DNA from: Gammaproteobacteria bacterium
GTDB taxonomy: Bacteria > Pseudomonadota > Gammaproteobacteria > Eutrophobiales > Eutrophobiaceae
Direction: 5' to 3'
Assembly (NCBI GenBank): GCA_965221695.1
Contig: OZ244905.1
Location: 928,001-992,000 of the forward strand
DNA length: 64,000 bases
How positions within the stretch are numbered: the stretch's first letter is position 1; each line of letters opens with the position of its first letter. Of the stretch, positions 28,513 to 41,382 are shown piece after piece. The translations under genes were made by a program, and so were the position numbers. Under the pieces are notes generated by a model. It was not told the origin of the DNA, did no database searches, and worked only from the letters and a program-made list of their open reading frames with translations.

Positions 28513-29669
28513 CCTGAGCAAAGTTCTAGCGCGTCGGAACAGCCCTGTCCATCAACCAGCTCCAACACAGCGCGCGCAGCGTTGGTTTCGGCTATCCGCA
28601 AGGACTCATGGAGATCAGTGAAACAGCGGGATAATGCGCGCGCTTCATGTGGTTGTTCCAGCCAGAATTGCAGCGCCGGGCCCAGAACTTCCGCCCGGCA
28701 TTCCGACTGAAAATACTCAGGCACAAGCTTCCGCCCTGCCAACAGGTTGGGCAACGACACCCATGCCACATTGAGCAATGCGCGCACGATCCAATAGCTG
28801 AGACTATGCATCCGATAAGCGACAACCATGGGTGTTTTGTAAAGCATCGCCTCAAGGGTAACAGTGCCTGAAGCGACCAGCGCAACGCTGGCTGCCGCCA
28901 AGGTATCCGCAATTCTGTGTTTGACTATTTGCAAAGGCAAAGCCCTGCTTTCGGCTGCCGCGCGTAACTGTTCCGCTGCGCGGTCATCGACCGCGTTGGC
29001 AATAAACCTGAGCCTATCATGGCGCGCAGCCAGCCAGGCAGCCGTGTCGAGAAAAGGACCTGTCAGTTTCTCCAATTCCGCGTGCCGGCTGCCAGGCAGA
29101 ATGGCAACCGTCAAACTGTCTGAAGGCAGGCCAAGACGCTGGCGGGCGCCTTCGACATCTTTTTCAATATCCACTTGTTCCGCCAGCGGGTGCCCCACGT
29201 ACCTGGCAGAGACCTTGCGACGGCGTAAAAACTCCGCTTCAAACGGAAAGACACATAATACAAGCTGCGCGGCCCGCCTGATTTTGCGTATCCGCCAAGA
29301 ACGCCAGGCCCACACCGTGGGGCAGACATAGTGGATAGTTTTTATCCCGTTGTTGCGTAGTTTCCGCTCAAGGTCAAGATTGAAGTCAGGAGAGTCCACA
29401 CCGATAAACACATCCGGCCGGTATTCGATGAAGCGTTGCGCCAGCATTGCGCGCGCTTTGAGCAACTGTGGCGCCTTCCCCAATACCTCCACCACCCCCA
29501 TCACCGCCAGTTTTTCCATTGGAAACAGGATATCACAACCCGCTTGGCGTAGATTTGCCCCTCCCACTCCTGCCACCTTGAGGTCCGGCCGGCGCTGTCT
29601 TATATCTTTGATCAGTTGCGCGGCCAGAAAGTCTCCTGAAGGTTCGCCCGCTACAATTCCGATTTTCAT
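28509..29669 (-). CDS. lpxB: Lipid-A-disaccharide synthase
   Basis: AGEPSGD, DSPDFN, VWAWR and LPGSR motifs. Confidence 0.97.
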   Translation of the reverse strand: MKIGIVAGEPSGDFLAAQLIKDIRQRRPDLKVAGVGGANLRQAGCDILFPMEKLAVMGVVEVLGKAPQLLKARAMLAQRFIEYRPDVFIGVDSPDFNLDLERKLRNNGIKTIHYVCPTVWAWRSWRIRKIRRAAQLVLCVFPFEAEFLRRRKVSARYVGHPLAEQVDIEKDVEGARQRLGLPSDSLTVAILPGSRHAELEKLTGPFLDTAAWLAARHDRLRFIANAVDDRAAEQLRAAAESRALPLQIVKHRIADTLAAASVALVASGTVTLEAMLYKTPMVVAYRMHSLSYWIVRALLNVAWVSLPNLLAGRKLVPEYFQSECRAEVLGPALQFWLEQPHEARALSRCFTDLHESLRIAETNAARAVLELVDGQGCSDALELCSG

Positions 29670-29681
29670 AACAGCCTGATG

Positions 29682-30455
29682 TCAACGGACAATTCCGCGT
29701 TCGGACTGCCTGATAAACCGGGTGAAAATTCCAACCTCGCGGTCTTCCATGGCAAGGTCGTCAAGTTTTTTCAGGGCATTTTTAAGAAGCAGCCCTTCAC
29801 GATAGACAATGCGATATGCCTTCTTCAGCGCTTCAACCGAATTGTCGGGAAATCCATGGCGTTTGAGACCCACCCGGTTAAGACCGCTGGGTTTTGCGCT
29901 ATTGCCGGATACCATCAGGTAAGGCGGAACATCTTTCAAGATGATAGAACCGATAGCGGAAATACTGTGGCGCCCGACCCGGCAAAACTGATGCACGCCG
30001 GTAAACCCGCCCAGAATCGCATAATCTTCAATCTGCGCATGACCGGCAAGGGTGGCGTGATTGGCGAAGACTGTGTTGTTTCCCACCTGGCAATCATGGG
30101 CAATATGCGTATACGCCATAATCCAGTTGTTGTTGCCCACATGAGTTACGCCTCCGCCCAGCGCAGTCCCGCGATTGATACTGCAGAACTCTCTGATGAC
30201 GTTATTAGAGCCTATCTCCAGGAAGGATTCGGTTTCACCCTGATACTTCTTGTCCTGGGGATCTTCGCCTAAGGACGAAAACTGCGATATCCTGGTTGCT
30301 TCTCCTATCCGGGTTGGCCCTTTGACCACCACATGCGGTCCGATAACACAATCGTCCGCAATCCTGACCCGATCCGCTATCACGCTATATGCGCCGATAC
30401 TGACCCCACTCCCAATCTCTGCGCCGGAGTGTATTTTCGCAGTGGGGTCGATCAA
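29682..30455 (-). CDS. lpxA: UDP-GlcNAc acyltransferase
   Basis: Hexapeptide repeats, PQDKKY and HIAHDC motifs. Confidence 0.97.
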   Translation of the reverse strand: MIDPTAKIHSGAEIGSGVSIGAYSVIADRVRIADDCVIGPHVVVKGPTRIGEATRISQFSSLGEDPQDKKYQGETESFLEIGSNNVIREFCSINRGTALGGGVTHVGNNNWIMAYTHIAHDCQVGNNTVFANHATLAGHAQIEDYAILGGFTGVHQFCRVGRHSISAIGSIILKDVPPYLMVSGNSAKPSGLNRVGLKRHGFPDNSVEALKKAYRIVYREGLLLKNALKKLDDLAMEDREVGIFTRFIRQSERGIVR

Positions 30456-30901
30456 GTCTCCCGGTCCGAAATAGTAGTCAATAGGTCCGAGTCAGCCACG
30501 ACTACGCCATCAACCTTCGCAACACAGGAAAAGCGCCAGATATTCCTTCGCAAAGCAACGAATCTCACTTCGATCGTCAGTTGATCCCCTGGGCCGACGG
30601 TCTTTCTGAACCTGGCCTTGTCAACGCCTACCAGGTAATACAACTTGTTCCAGTGCTCGCTCCCCTGTTCCGACAACAGACCCAGAACCGCGGAAGCCTG
30701 CGCCATAGCTTCGATAATAAACACTCCCGGCATAATTGGATGCTGGGGGAAATGGCCCTGGAAAAACGGCTCGTTGGCAGTAACGTTCTTGACCGCGGTC
30801 AGGAATACACCAGACTCGTAATCCGTTACCTTATCCAGCAACAACATGGGATAGCGGTGCGGCAGCGCCTGTTTTATCTGATCAATATCCAGTTCCGGCA
30901 T
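30452..30901 (-). CDS. fabZ: 3-hydroxyacyl-ACP dehydratase
   Basis: LPHRYPMLL and [16 protein letters not shown] motifs. Confidence 0.97.
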   Translation of the reverse strand: MPELDIDQIKQALPHRYPMLLLDKVTDYESGVFLTAVKNVTANEPFFQGHFPQHPIMPGVFIIEAMAQASAVLGLLSEQGSEHWNKLYYLVGVDKARFRKTVGPGDQLTIEVRFVALRRNIWRFSCVAKVDGVVVADSDLLTTISDRET

Positions 30902-30961
30902 TATCAAATAGCCTCATAAAGATTGGCCACAAGAGGAACAGAAAATAGCGTTCTCTGTTGC

Positions 30962-30997
30962 TTAAGGAAACTCTGATTAAGTCAGAGCTTCCCTTAA
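30962..30997. repeat. Short MITE-terminus palindrome
   Basis: TTAA GGAAACTCTGATTAAGTCAGAGCTTCCC TTAA, between lpxD and fabZ. Confidence 0.75.
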
Positions 30998-31023
30998 TAT
31001 CTCTGTGCCCTGGGGTTTATCGT

Positions 31024-32037
31024 TCATTGTACCAGTTTCTCCAATGCAGACACTTTTCTCGCCAGTTTGTCCAGGCGCCTGAACCTGACCGTGTTTTTAC
31101 GCCAGGTCAGATTGTCCGTTACGGGCGCGCCCGAAGAGTAAACGCCCGCCTCCGTGATGCTGTTTGATACGCCTGACATGCCGGTTATGACGACATCATC
31201 GACAATCGTAATATGGCCGTTAATGGCGCTGCCGCCACCGATCATGCAGCGGCGACCAATGATGGCGCTGCCGGCTACCACTGCCGCCCCAGCAATGGCA
31301 GTGTGTTCTCCAACCCGGACATTATGACCTATCTGCACCTGGTTATCGATTTTCACGCCGGCTTCTATTATGGTGTTTTCAATAGCGCCTCTGTCAATAG
31401 TCGTGTTGGCGCCTATTTCAACATCGTCTCCGATGATAACGCCGCCCAGTTGCGGAATTTTCTGCCAGCGGCCGGAATCATTGGCGATCCCATAACCATC
31501 CGCTCCGATAACGACACCAGGATGGACCAAGACCCGTGCGCCGATTTCGACACGCTCCATGATGGTCACACACGCGTGTATATGGCAGTGGCTGCCGATT
31601 CTGACACCCGCCTCGAGCACGCAGCCAGGGCCAATCCAGACGCCCGGGCCAATGACGGCATTGCGACCAATCACAGAATTGGCGCCGATAAAACAATCCG
31701 CTGCGATATCCGCATTGGCTTCAATGACCGCAGTCTGGTGAATGCTCGGGGTGAATGCCGGCACAGGATTCAGAAACCTGGCCGCTTTAGCGTAACCGAG
31801 GGAAGGATTGTCTGTGATCAAACTCGCAGTGGGACAGCCAGCCGCATCTTCGGCTGCCAGTATCACTGCGCTGGCGCGGGTCGTTTTCAGGTCAGCGCGA
31901 TAGCGTTTGTTGGCATAGAATGTCAAGTCGCCAGGCGCAGCATTGCGCAAGCTGGCAACATTGGTTATCTCGTTGGCAGGATTGCCCCGCAGTTCTGCGT
32001 TAATGGCTGCAGCAATTTCTCCCAAAGTCGCCGTCAT
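31024..32037 (-). CDS. lpxD: UDP-3-O-acylglucosamine N-acyltransferase
   Basis: Hexapeptide repeats, [18 protein letters not shown] and [12 protein letters not shown] motifs. Confidence 0.97.
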   Translation of the reverse strand: MTATLGEIAAAINAELRGNPANEITNVASLRNAAPGDLTFYANKRYRADLKTTRASAVILAAEDAAGCPTASLITDNPSLGYAKAARFLNPVPAFTPSIHQTAVIEANADIAADCFIGANSVIGRNAVIGPGVWIGPGCVLEAGVRIGSHCHIHACVTIMERVEIGARVLVHPGVVIGADGYGIANDSGRWQKIPQLGGVIIGDDVEIGANTTIDRGAIENTIIEAGVKIDNQVQIGHNVRVGEHTAIAGAAVVAGSAIIGRRCMIGGGSAINGHITIVDDVVITGMSGVSNSITEAGVYSSGAPVTDNLTWRKNTVRFRRLDKLARKVSALEKLVQ

Positions 32038-32052
32038 GAATATAGCAAACCG

Positions 32053-32604
32053 TCATTCAGCTCCGTCAACGTCTTTTCCCGAGGCATTTTCTTTCTTCAA
32101 CTGATCTATCACAAGCTGTGATATATCCACTTTCGGGCTGGCATAGATCACACCTTCATTCAATATCATGTCAAAGCCGTTTTCGCGCGCGATCGTGTTG
32201 ATGGCATCGACGATATCTTTCTGAATTTTTGCAATTTCTTCGTTTCTGCGAAAGGTCAGATCTTCGCGAAACTCATCCTGGTTGCGTTTCAGGTCGCGCC
32301 GCTCATTCACAATGTCCCGCTCCAACTTGCTTCTTTCCGCTTCGCTCATGATGGGGGCATCCTTGGTTAATCTGTCTTCCATTTCTTTCAGCGTTTTCTG
32401 ATTTTCCACCAGTTCCCGGTCCCGGGGAGCAAACTCTTTCTCAAGCAAACTGCGCATCTTCTCAGCCTGGGGGGACTGTTCCAAGATGCGTATGGCATTC
32501 ACGGCGCCAATTTTATAATCCTCGGCAATCACCTCAGGGAGTATGCCGACCGTTAAAACACATATCAGAAAACAGGTAAGCCTCATAGCGCTTATAGACT
32601 CCAA
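32053..32604 (-). CDS. skp: Periplasmic chaperone Skp/OmpH
   Basis: KIGAVN...coiled coil...GFDMIL...VDIS; lies between bamA and lpxD. Confidence 0.93.
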   Translation of the reverse strand: MESISAMRLTCFLICVLTVGILPEVIAEDYKIGAVNAIRILEQSPQAEKMRSLLEKEFAPRDRELVENQKTLKEMEDRLTKDAPIMSEAERSKLERDIVNERRDLKRNQDEFREDLTFRRNEEIAKIQKDIVDAINTIARENGFDMILNEGVIYASPKVDISQLVIDQLKKENASGKDVDGAE

Positions 32605-32627
32605 TTAATATAAAAGAACATTATTCT

Positions 32628-34961
32628 CTAAAATGTTGAACCAAAGGTGAACTGGAACGGCTGTGTCTCATCTCCTTCCTGGTCTCCAATGGGCTTCGCT
32701 ATACTAACACTTACCAGACCAAAAGGTGATATCCAGATACCGCTCAAACCCGTAGAATACCTTAGTTCACTGAATTCGAACGATTCATCGCTGGAAAAAA
32801 CATTGCCGCCGTCAAAAAACGCGGCGAACCTGACCTGTTTGAAGTCCTTCAGAAACGGCAGTGGAAAAATCATTTCCGCGCCGCCGGTCACCCTGATATT
32901 ACCACCCAAGGGCCGCCGCCTGGTTCCTCCCTGCACCGGGGTATCTTTTGGTCCCAGCGTATTCTCCTCGTAACCGCGTACCGATCTCGGTCCGCCGGCA
33001 TAGAAGTTTTCAAAAAACGGGAGTTCATCGGTGCCGAACAGGCCGCTCCCATACCCCAAGTCGCCTTTTACGGTAAATATGAAGTCGCGCAGCACCGGAT
33101 GATACCATTGAGTCCGGTAGCCGATCTTGAAAAACTCCAGGGAGTTGCCGAATGATGGAACCGCTATTTCCGAGCTGAACCGGTGCTGTACGCCCCGGGT
33201 CGGTAATATCGCACGGTTACGGGTATCGTAGGAAAATGCCGCAGAAAGTCTCAGAATATCGAATTTGCTGCCTTCCCGTTCAATAAAATCCCTGACCTGC
33301 TCGGCAAAGAACCGATCTTCGGACAAGCCGGTGTTTTCATAGCCGAAAGCAACACTAATGAAGTTATATTCAGTCACCGGAACGCCGAAACTGACGCCTG
33401 CGCCTATTACCCGGCTGTCGAACGCGGTAATGTTCGCGTCATACGCCTCGGTTTCCTGGTAATTGACGTTGAAGCCGCGGCTTATGCCGTCAACGGTGTA
33501 GTACGGGTTCACGTAACCCAGTGCAAACCTGCGGTTGATATCACTGTTGTTGAACGCAAACTGTATGCGTTTCCCGGAACCCAGGAAGTTGTCCTGGGTA
33601 ATACTGGTCTGGAATATCAGCCCCTGGTTCTGGGAAAAACCCAGGCCGGCAAGAAAATTGCCGAACGGCTTTTCCGTCACCGTATAATTGACGTCAACCT
33701 GGTCCGCAGAACCCGCTATAGCCGGTGTCTCTACGTTGACTTCTTCAAAAAACCCCAGCCGCTGCAGCCTGATCTTCCCTCGCTCCACCTTGGGAGTTGA
33801 AATCCAACCCCCTTCATGCTGACGCATTTCCCGTCTCAACACCTCATCCCTGGTTCTGGTATTGCCGGAAAAATTGATCCGTCTGACATAAACCCTTTTG
33901 CCGGGGTCGACAAAAAACGTGACTTCAACCGTATTGTCATCTTCATTGATGTCGGGGATGGAATTGACGTTGGCAAACGCATAGCCGGAACTACCCAGCC
34001 GATCTGTCATGCGCTCGCTGCTGTCAGTCACCTGTTTGCGGGAAAACAGACTGCCTTTGGCGATGCTGACCAGGTTATATAATTGTTGTTCCGGAAGAAT
34101 GAATTCGCCTGCAAGTTTGACCCCGGACACCATGTACTGGCCACCCTCAGTGATATTGATTGTGATGTAAATATCTTTCTTGTCGGGCGTGATTGACACC
34201 TGAGTGGAGTCAATACTGAAGTTCACGTAACCCCGGTCGAGATAAAACGAGCGTAGTGTTTCCAGATCGCCCGACAATTTCTGACGCGAGTACTGGTCAT
34301 CCTTGGTAAAAAAGGAAAGCAGGCCTGGCTTGGACAATTCAAATTCGTCCAGCAGATCGTCTTCTCTGTAGGATTGGTTGCCGACGATATTGATCTGCTT
34401 GATACGCGCCGCCTTGCCTTCCGATATTTCTATGGATACGGCGACGCGGTTATTGGACAATGGGGTCACTTCCGAGTTGATGTTCAGCGCATATTTGCCG
34501 GCGGAAAAATATTGCCTGCGCAATTCTCGTTCCAGCCCGTCCAGTTGCGACTGGTCGAAAACCCTTCCCTCCGCAAAACCGATCTGGTTCAGACCATCCA
34601 GCAAATCCTCGGTCTTGATATCCTTGTTGCCGCTGATTTCAATACTGCCTATCGCCGCGCGCTCCTTGAGAACAATCACCAGGACATTGCCGTCCCGCTT
34701 AAGTTGTACATCATCGAAGAAGCCTGTTTTGAACAGCGCGCTAACCGCTTCGGAGGATACCTCGGAGCTGAAAGTATCGCCTACTTCCAGCGGCAAGTAG
34801 TTGAATACGGTTCCCGGGGTAAGCCGTTGCAATCCTTCCACCCGTATATCCTCGATGATGAATTCTTGCGCGGCAAGACCGTGAGTAACGCCGGCAAGCA
34901 TCAGCGCCAGCAAAAAAGATTTACAAAAGTATGAATTTATTACTTTCGGCAACATGTTCAA
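32628..34961 (-). CDS. bamA: Outer membrane protein assembly factor BamA
   Basis: POTRA IEDIRVEGLQR, FYAGGPRSVRGY and C-terminal FQFTFGSTF. Confidence 0.98.
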   Translation of the reverse strand: MNMLPKVINSYFCKSFLLALMLAGVTHGLAAQEFIIEDIRVEGLQRLTPGTVFNYLPLEVGDTFSSEVSSEAVSALFKTGFFDDVQLKRDGNVLVIVLKERAAIGSIEISGNKDIKTEDLLDGLNQIGFAEGRVFDQSQLDGLERELRRQYFSAGKYALNINSEVTPLSNNRVAVSIEISEGKAARIKQINIVGNQSYREDDLLDEFELSKPGLLSFFTKDDQYSRQKLSGDLETLRSFYLDRGYVNFSIDSTQVSITPDKKDIYITINITEGGQYMVSGVKLAGEFILPEQQLYNLVSIAKGSLFSRKQVTDSSERMTDRLGSSGYAFANVNSIPDINEDDNTVEVTFFVDPGKRVYVRRINFSGNTRTRDEVLRREMRQHEGGWISTPKVERGKIRLQRLGFFEEVNVETPAIAGSADQVDVNYTVTEKPFGNFLAGLGFSQNQGLIFQTSITQDNFLGSGKRIQFAFNNSDINRRFALGYVNPYYTVDGISRGFNVNYQETEAYDANITAFDSRVIGAGVSFGVPVTEYNFISVAFGYENTGLSEDRFFAEQVRDFIEREGSKFDILRLSAAFSYDTRNRAILPTRGVQHRFSSEIAVPSFGNSLEFFKIGYRTQWYHPVLRDFIFTVKGDLGYGSGLFGTDELPFFENFYAGGPRSVRGYEENTLGPKDTPVQGGTRRRPLGGNIRVTGGAEMIFPLPFLKDFKQVRFAAFFDGGNVFSSDESFEFSELRYSTGLSGIWISPFGLVSVSIAKPIGDQEGDETQPFQFTFGSTF

Positions 34962-35017
34962 TATGATAAACCACTGCGACCGACAAATCCATCACCTTAT
35001 ACACCGCAACCGGAACG

Positions 35018-36388
35018 TCACCCTGCAAGCCTTGAGATGTCGTTAAAAATAGCCACGGCCATTAAGCTGAATAACAATACCAGACCGATGCGTTGACCCA
35101 GTAGCTCCGTGGAAGCTGATACCGGGCTACCCTTGACAAATTCAATACAATAATAGAACAGGTGACCGCCGTCCAGTAACGGCACAGGCAACAGGTTCAA
35201 CACTGCCAGACTGATGCTGACGATAGCCAGGAAACCAAGGAAGGCGACCAGGCCCATCTGCGCGGTCTGCCCCGCAAACTGGGCTATGCTGACCGGGCCA
35301 CTCAGGTTCTTCAGCGATGCCTGGCCAGTTATCATCCGTCCCAGGATCTGCAGGGTAATAACCGTCATGTCAATGGTTTTTCCAATCCCTTTTGCCAGCG
35401 CGCTATGCAGCGGATATGACTCGGTCGCAAACAGGTATTGATCCATGTCGTAGTCAGGCTCTAGGCTCGCCCCGATGAAGCCGATTTTATCTCCCTGCTC
35501 GGTGACCCTGGCCTCGGGTGTGATGATTAGTTCCACGATCTGGCCAGCCCTGGAAAGACTGACAACCAGCGGCGTTTCCGGCGCGGCCCTGACCAGCTCA
35601 ACCCAGCCTTGCCAGTCCTGCACGGGTATGCCGTCCACGGTTATTATCCTGTCGCCTTGTTCCAGACCGGCCTGCCAGGCGCGCCCCTGGTAGGTTAACG
35701 CGCCAATGATTGGGGCCGCCACAGGCCGCGCAGGCTCAATGCCCAGCAGGCTCAGCAGACTGCTCCCGGCCATGGCATCTATCGGTATCTGCGCTAGTTC
35801 GACATCCTCCAAGCGCGCATGCCCCTGCGTGTCTTTTACCCTGACTGTCGCCGTACTGCGGTCAACAACCCCGGCGATCAGTAGTTCCATGGCCGAATTC
35901 CAGGTCGGCGTGGCCCGCCCGTTGATTTCCAAAATCTCATCATGCGCTTGAAAACCCGCGCGCGCGGCCATCGAATCTTCCTGCACAGAACCGATGACGG
36001 GTTTGAGACCGGTTATTCCGACCATATAGATAATCCAGTAGGCCAACGCCGCAAAGATGAAGTTGAATATCGGTCCCGCGGCGACGATCGCGACCCGAGC
36101 GCCAAGCGTTTTGTTATTGAATGCCCTGGCTCGTTCCGCCGCAGTGACGCTTCCCTCGCGCTCGTCCAGCATTTTCACATACCCTCCAAGCGGAATTGCG
36201 CCAATGACAAATTCCGTGTTGTCATGGCCGAATTTTCTACTCCAGAGCGCGCGACCAAAACCAACAGAAAATTTCAGGATTTTCACGTCAAAGCGCCTGG
36301 CGACGAGGAAATGTCCGAGTTCATGGAAAGTGATCAGGGTTCCCAGCGCGAGAATAAAAGCGACGATCATTTGCAATGCAGCCATCAT
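35018..36388 (-). CDS. rseP: RIP metalloprotease RseP
   Basis: [16 protein letters not shown] domains and [11 protein letters not shown]; ATGA overlap with dxr. Confidence 0.96.
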   Translation of the reverse strand: MMAALQMIVAFILALGTLITFHELGHFLVARRFDVKILKFSVGFGRALWSRKFGHDNTEFVIGAIPLGGYVKMLDEREGSVTAAERARAFNNKTLGARVAIVAAGPIFNFIFAALAYWIIYMVGITGLKPVIGSVQEDSMAARAGFQAHDEILEINGRATPTWNSAMELLIAGVVDRSTATVRVKDTQGHARLEDVELAQIPIDAMAGSSLLSLLGIEPARPVAAPIIGALTYQGRAWQAGLEQGDRIITVDGIPVQDWQGWVELVRAAPETPLVVSLSRAGQIVELIITPEARVTEQGDKIGFIGASLEPDYDMDQYLFATESYPLHSALAKGIGKTIDMTVITLQILGRMITGQASLKNLSGPVSIAQFAGQTAQMGLVAFLGFLAIVSISLAVLNLLPVPLLDGGHLFYYCIEFVKGSPVSASTELLGQRIGLVLLFSLMAVAIFNDISRLAG

Positions 36389-37566
36389 GAGCGCAACTCC
36401 CGGCATTGCTCCCGCGCGTAATCCCTGGAACATTGATCCGCATTGAGAATATGCTCCAGTGTAGCAGCCGGTTGCGCGCAGACGCCATCCAAAGCGCGTT
36501 GTACCACTTCAGCAATCTCCGTGAACCTGAGCCGGCCTTCCAGAAACTCCTCGACCGCAACTTCATTGGCGCCATTCAGTATGGTGGTGGCCGTTCCACC
36601 TGCGGCGAATGCCTGCCTTGCCAAACCGAGACATGGGAATCTGTCGGGGTCAGGTTTTTCAAAATTCAATTGTGATATATCAAACAGACTCAACTTTTTA
36701 ACTCCTGATTCGATCCGCCCAGGCCAACCCATGACATGGGCAATCGGTGTTCGCATGTCCGGGTTACCAAGCTGCGCCAGCATTGAGCCGTCGGAATACT
36801 CAACCAGGGAATGCACAATACTTTCCGGATGTATGACCACTTCAATATTGTCTATGCCGGTATTGAATAACCAGCAGGCTTCAATAACTTCCAGTCCTTT
36901 GTTCATCATAGTAGCAGAATCCACCGATATTTTCCTTCCCATATCCCAGTTGGGGTGGGCGCAGGCCTGCGCCGCAGTCACATCCCGCAACTCCTGCAAA
37001 CGCCGGGTGCGGAACGGTCCACCGGACGCAGTCAGCATGATGCGAGTGACCCCGGCGCGCTCCAGGCTGCCGTCGAAATCCGGCGGCATGCACTGGAATA
37101 TGGCATTGTGCTCGCTGTCGACTGGCAGCAGAACGGCGCCGTTCTCTCTTACTGCGTCCATGAACAGTCCGCCGGACATCACCAACGACTCCTTGTTGGC
37201 CAGCAATACTCGCTTGCCGGCGCGCGCCGCGGCCAATGTGGGAAGCAAACCCGCTGCTCCGACGATTGCCGCCATCACATAGTCTGTCTCAGCGCAGCTT
37301 GCGACCTCTTGCAAGCCCGCTACGCCTGACATCACCCGGATTTCAGGCGCCGGACGCCGCAAAGCATCTTGCAGGCGGCGCGCCGAGTCCGGGTCTACCA
37401 TGACTGCATACTGCGGTCGCCATGCAAGACATTGCTCCAGCAGGTTCGTAACATTGGTATTTGCCGTGAGCGCAACCAGTTCAAACCTTTCCCTGTGTCT
37501 GGACATGACGTCCAGCGTGCTCAGCCCGATACTCCCGGTTGATCCCAGGATCGTGATACCGGTCAT
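36385..37566 (-). CDS. dxr: 1-deoxy-D-xylulose-5-phosphate reductoisomerase
   Basis: [23 protein letters not shown] and [15 protein letters not shown] motifs; likely start ATG 37566. Confidence 0.97.
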   Translation of the reverse strand: MTGITILGSTGSIGLSTLDVMSRHRERFELVALTANTNVTNLLEQCLAWRPQYAVMVDPDSARRLQDALRRPAPEIRVMSGVAGLQEVASCAETDYVMAAIVGAAGLLPTLAAARAGKRVLLANKESLVMSGGLFMDAVRENGAVLLPVDSEHNAIFQCMPPDFDGSLERAGVTRIMLTASGGPFRTRRLQELRDVTAAQACAHPNWDMGRKISVDSATMMNKGLEVIEACWLFNTGIDNIEVVIHPESIVHSLVEYSDGSMLAQLGNPDMRTPIAHVMGWPGRIESGVKKLSLFDISQLNFEKPDPDRFPCLGLARQAFAAGGTATTILNGANEVAVEEFLEGRLRFTEIAEVVQRALDGVCAQPAATLEHILNADQCSRDYAREQCRELRS

Positions 37567-38399
37567 AACGCGTGCTCCAGCAACAGGACACCGCTGAAAT
37601 ACACCGGCGCAGCGGCAGTGAGGCTGTCTATCCGGTCCAAGGCGCCACCGTGTCCCGGCAATAATTCGCCACTGTCTTTGACTCCCGCGCCGCGCTTGAT
37701 CAGGCTCTCGGTCAAATCTCCGATCACGGACGCGGCAATGGCGATCGCGCAGACCAACAAAAACAGTAACAATTCGACCAAGCTCATTGGCAGCCATAGC
37801 AGCGCGCACAGCAGCGCCGCAACCAGGCCAAAACTAAACGCGCCGAATAGTCCCTCGCGGGTCTTTCCCGGACTGATGTGAACAGCAAGTTTATGCCTGC
37901 CCCATCGTTGGCCGATAAAATAGGCCCCACTGTCAGCAGACCAGATCACAATGAATAAACAGGCCACCAGCACAGGCCCGTCAAAATCGGCATGGGCGCG
38001 CAACGCCACCAGCGATACCCAGGCGGGAACCAGCACGATCATGCAGATAACCGCTTGTGACAGGAAGCCGGGATTGAATTTTCTTCCATCCTTCCTGCTT
38101 ATGACCAGAAACGCGGCTGTCACCCACCAGAACAGCGCCAAAATCACGATATACAAGGTCAATACGCTGTCAATATGGTAATAACATACCGATAGAAGCA
38201 ATGCTGTCAAAACCTGCGCGAATATTTTCCGGCTGATGCCGCGCGCGTCAGCCATACCCGCCCACTCCCAGGTCCCCGCCAGTATTAACAGCGCGCACAA
38301 CCCGACAAACAACAGTTGTGAACCGAAAAGGGTAATTCCCAGCGCCAATGGTATCAACGCCAGGGCGGTACCAACCCGAGGCTCAATCCGGAGTTTCAT
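37563..38399 (-). CDS. cdsA: Phosphatidate cytidylyltransferase
   Basis: ADSGAYF, SPGKT and [19 protein letters not shown] motifs; likely start 38399. Confidence 0.95.
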   Translation of the reverse strand: MKLRIEPRVGTALALIPLALGITLFGSQLLFVGLCALLILAGTWEWAGMADARGISRKIFAQVLTALLLSVCYYHIDSVLTLYIVILALFWWVTAAFLVISRKDGRKFNPGFLSQAVICMIVLVPAWVSLVALRAHADFDGPVLVACLFIVIWSADSGAYFIGQRWGRHKLAVHISPGKTREGLFGAFSFGLVAALLCALLWLPMSLVELLLFLLVCAIAIAASVIGDLTESLIKRGAGVKDSGELLPGHGGALDRIDSLTAAAPVYFSGVLLLEHAL

Positions 38400-39111
38400 T
38401 TTGTCCGATCTGTTCCGAAGTACGGCCAAAACGGCGCTGCCTGCCGACATAGGATTCAAGCGCCTTGTCGTATTCTGCCATGTTGAAATCCGGCCAGTAC
38501 ACATCAGTAAAATACATTTCCGTATAAGCGAGCTGCCACAACAGAAAATTGCTGATACGAACTTCTCCGCCGGTTCGGATAAAGAGGTCAGGATAATCCG
38601 GCAAGTCCAGGCAGTTTCTGAAGGACTCTTCCGATATCTTATCAATGCCCTGCTGACCTGGCGGCAATGCGGCAAAGAGTTTTTTGCAGGCGGAGACGAT
38701 TTCCCGGCGACCGCCGTAATTGATTGCGATAACAAGGTTCAAGCCGTAATTTTCCGAGGTTCTGCGCCCGGCCTGCGCAACCAGGGATTGCAATTCATCA
38801 GGAAAGACAGAGATATCGCCGATAAATGACAAGCGCACATTATTTTTGTCCAGCGCCTCGATTTCTTCATCCAAGGCAACCAGCAACAGCTCTATCAATA
38901 ATGCCACTTCAGCATCCGGGCGCAGCCAGTTTTCGCTACTGAACACATACACGGTAAGCATCCTGATGCCGCGCCGAATACTGTGCTCGACCGTTTCCCG
39001 TAAGGCAACTATACCAGCCTCGTGGCCAGCAGCGCGGGGCATTCCCCTGCTCTTTGCCCATCTGCCGTTGCCATCCATGACGATGGCCACGTGCCCAGGC
39101 ATGATTTCCAT
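38383..39111 (-). CDS. uppS: Undecaprenyl diphosphate synthase
   Basis: HVAIVMDGNGRWA, FSSENW and RTGGEVRISNFLLWQ motifs. Confidence 0.97.
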   Translation of the reverse strand: MEIMPGHVAIVMDGNGRWAKSRGMPRAAGHEAGIVALRETVEHSIRRGIRMLTVYVFSSENWLRPDAEVALLIELLLVALDEEIEALDKNNVRLSFIGDISVFPDELQSLVAQAGRRTSENYGLNLVIAINYGGRREIVSACKKLFAALPPGQQGIDKISEESFRNCLDLPDYPDLFIRTGGEVRISNFLLWQLAYTEMYFTDVYWPDFNMAEYDKALESYVGRQRRFGRTSEQIGQNETPD

Positions 39112-39163
39112 CAGTTCCGATATTGCGCCAATGAATGCGAGGTAAGCACAGGGGTAATCCGGG

Positions 39164-39721
39164 CTAAATTTCCATCAATTCCATTTCCTTATCCTTGAGT
39201 ATTTCCTCTATCTCTTCAATATGTGTATCCGTGAGCTTTTGTATCCTGTCTTCATTCCGGCGGTCGTCATCTTCCGTAATCAGCTTTTCCTTTAACATAT
39301 CTTTGATATGATGGTTTGCATCCCGACGGATGTTGCGCAACGCAATCCTGGCTTTTTCCGCCTCGGACCTGACCACCCGGGTCAGTTCCTTCCTGCGCTC
39401 CTCGGTCAGCGCCGGCAAGGGCACCCGCATAATGTTCCCTGTGCTAACCGGATTCAAGCCCAGGTCGGAATTTAGTATAGCCTTCTCGATTCCCCCGGCC
39501 ATATTCTTGTCCCATGGCGCTACGCCCAGCGTGCGCGCGTCCAGCACACTGATATTCGCCGCCTGGTTCAATGGAACCTGGCTGCCATAATAATCGACGA
39601 TGATATGCTCCAGCAGACTCGGATGAGCGCGACCGGTGCGGATTTTACTAAGTTCGCTACGCAGCGCTCTGAGTGTTTTATGCATCCGCTGGTCAGCATC
39701 TTTGAGTATATCTTCAATCAT
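39164..39721 (-). CDS. frr: Ribosome recycling factor
   Basis: [17 protein letters not shown] and RNIRRDAN motifs. Confidence 0.98.
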   Translation of the reverse strand: MIEDILKDADQRMHKTLRALRSELSKIRTGRAHPSLLEHIIVDYYGSQVPLNQAANISVLDARTLGVAPWDKNMAGGIEKAILNSDLGLNPVSTGNIMRVPLPALTEERRKELTRVVRSEAEKARIALRNIRRDANHHIKDMLKEKLITEDDDRRNEDRIQKLTDTHIEEIEEILKDKEMELMEI

Positions 39722-40458
39722 GAGGTTTCTCCAAGGCTGGTCACAAGGGTCCCTTCAGGCATGCCTTCGGCAGCGCGCAGCAAAGCGCCTGGTTGCATCA
39801 TGTTCAACACTCGTAGCGGCATGTTATTCTCGCGGCATAATACGATGGCTGTGGTATCCATCACTGCCAACTTGCGTTCAATAACATCATCATAACTCAA
39901 AACGTCAAATCGTTTTGCCGATTTGTCCAGCGCCGGGTCGGCGGAATAGATCCCGTCGACCTTGGTCGCCTTGATCAACAGGTCTGCAGTGATCTCGACG
40001 GCTCTAAGGCTTGCGGCTGAATCCGTGGTAAAAAAAGGATTGCCAGTTCCGGCCGCAAAAATTACCACGCGCCCTTTTTCCAGGTGGCGCACCGCCCGCC
40101 TCCTGATATAATCCTCGCACACTTCGTTGATTTCGATGGCCGACATGACCCGAGCATAGCAGCCGAGTTGCTCCAGGGCATCCTGTAATGCCAGAGAGTT
40201 CATGATGGTGGCCAGCATGCCCATGTGGTCCGCGGTCACCCGGTCGATGCCTGCGGCGGCCAATCCTGAACCGCGGAAGAAATTTCCCGCACCCAGAACA
40301 AGGGCTATTTCGGCGCCGTTCAGTCCAAGTTCGCGAATTTCGCCCGCGAGTCGCTTTATCGTGGCAGGATCGATACCGTAAGCGGCTTCGCCCATGAGCG
40401 CTTCACCGCTCAGCTTTATCAAAATTCTTCGATAGCGCAGTTCCGAAACGTCAGGCAA
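39718..40458 (-). CDS. pyrH: Uridylate kinase
   Basis: [17 protein letters not shown] and DGIYSADP motifs. Confidence 0.98.
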   Translation of the reverse strand: MPDVSELRYRRILIKLSGEALMGEAAYGIDPATIKRLAGEIRELGLNGAEIALVLGAGNFFRGSGLAAAGIDRVTADHMGMLATIMNSLALQDALEQLGCYARVMSAIEINEVCEDYIRRRAVRHLEKGRVVIFAAGTGNPFFTTDSAASLRAVEITADLLIKATKVDGIYSADPALDKSAKRFDVLSYDDVIERKLAVMDTTAIVLCRENNMPLRVLNMMQPGALLRAAEGMPEGTLVTSLGETS

Positions 40459-40472
40459 AACCTGGTTACTCC

Positions 40473-41375
40473 TTAACCGGTGGACTGCGCCAGTCCGGCC
40501 TGTTGCATGACTTCAGCGGCAAAATTGTCCTCTTTCTTTTCCAGTCCCTCACCGACTTCATAGCGAATGAAGCCGTTCACCTGCGCCTTATTCGTCTTTA
40601 ACAGTTCTGCAACGCTCAGGTCGGGATCCTTGACGAAAGCCTGCCCCAACAACGTATTTTCCCGCAGAAACTTCTTCATCCTGCCGGCTACCATTTTCTC
40701 GATGATCGTTTCCGGTTTCCCGGTTTGCCTGGCCTGGGCAAGCTGGATTTCCCGCTCTTTTTCCAGTACTTCGCCAGCGACATCCTGTTCATCTACACAC
40801 AGCGGATTAGCGGCTGCAATATGCATCGCGAGGTCCTTCGCCAACACCGGATTATCCGTGGACAGGTCCACTATCACGCCGATCCGTATGCCGTGAACAT
40901 AGACACCCAGGGTCCCGCTCTGGCTTTTTCGGATGCGCTCATGGCGGCGGATACTTATGTTTTCTCCCAGCTTGGTTACCAGTTCCTGCCTGGCTTCTTC
41001 CACTGACCGGGCTTTCTTCTCTTTCAGCGGCAAATCCGCCGATGTGCCCGAGCTTCCGTCGCCTTGATCCAGCAGCGCGCCCGCCAGCCCGTGAGCGAAC
41101 TGCTGAAAGTTCTCATCCCGGGCGACAAAGTCCGTTTCACAATTGACTTCCAGTATCACTGCCTCGCTGCCGGCGGCATCCTGTTCTATCACTATCGTGC
41201 CTTCAGCGGCAATACGCCCCGCTTTTTTTGCGGCTTTGGCCACACCGGATTTGCGCATCGCATCGATCGCGGCTTCAATGTCGCCGGCAGTCTCCTGCAA
41301 CGCCTTTTTACAATCCATCATGCCGGCGCCGGTGCGGTCCCGCAATTCTTTTACCATGGAAGCAGAAATTTGCAT
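40473..41375 (-). CDS. tsf: Elongation factor Ts
   Basis: [19 protein letters not shown] and NCETDFVA motifs; ATG 41375 with a GAGG RBS overlapping the rpsB stop. Confidence 0.98.
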   Translation of the reverse strand: MQISASMVKELRDRTGAGMMDCKKALQETAGDIEAAIDAMRKSGVAKAAKKAGRIAAEGTIVIEQDAAGSEAVILEVNCETDFVARDENFQQFAHGLAGALLDQGDGSSGTSADLPLKEKKARSVEEARQELVTKLGENISIRRHERIRKSQSGTLGVYVHGIRIGVIVDLSTDNPVLAKDLAMHIAAANPLCVDEQDVAGEVLEKEREIQLAQARQTGKPETIIEKMVAGRMKKFLRENTLLGQAFVKDPDLSVAELLKTNKAQVNGFIRYEVGEGLEKKEDNFAAEVMQQAGLAQSTG

Positions 41376-41382
41376 GTTATCC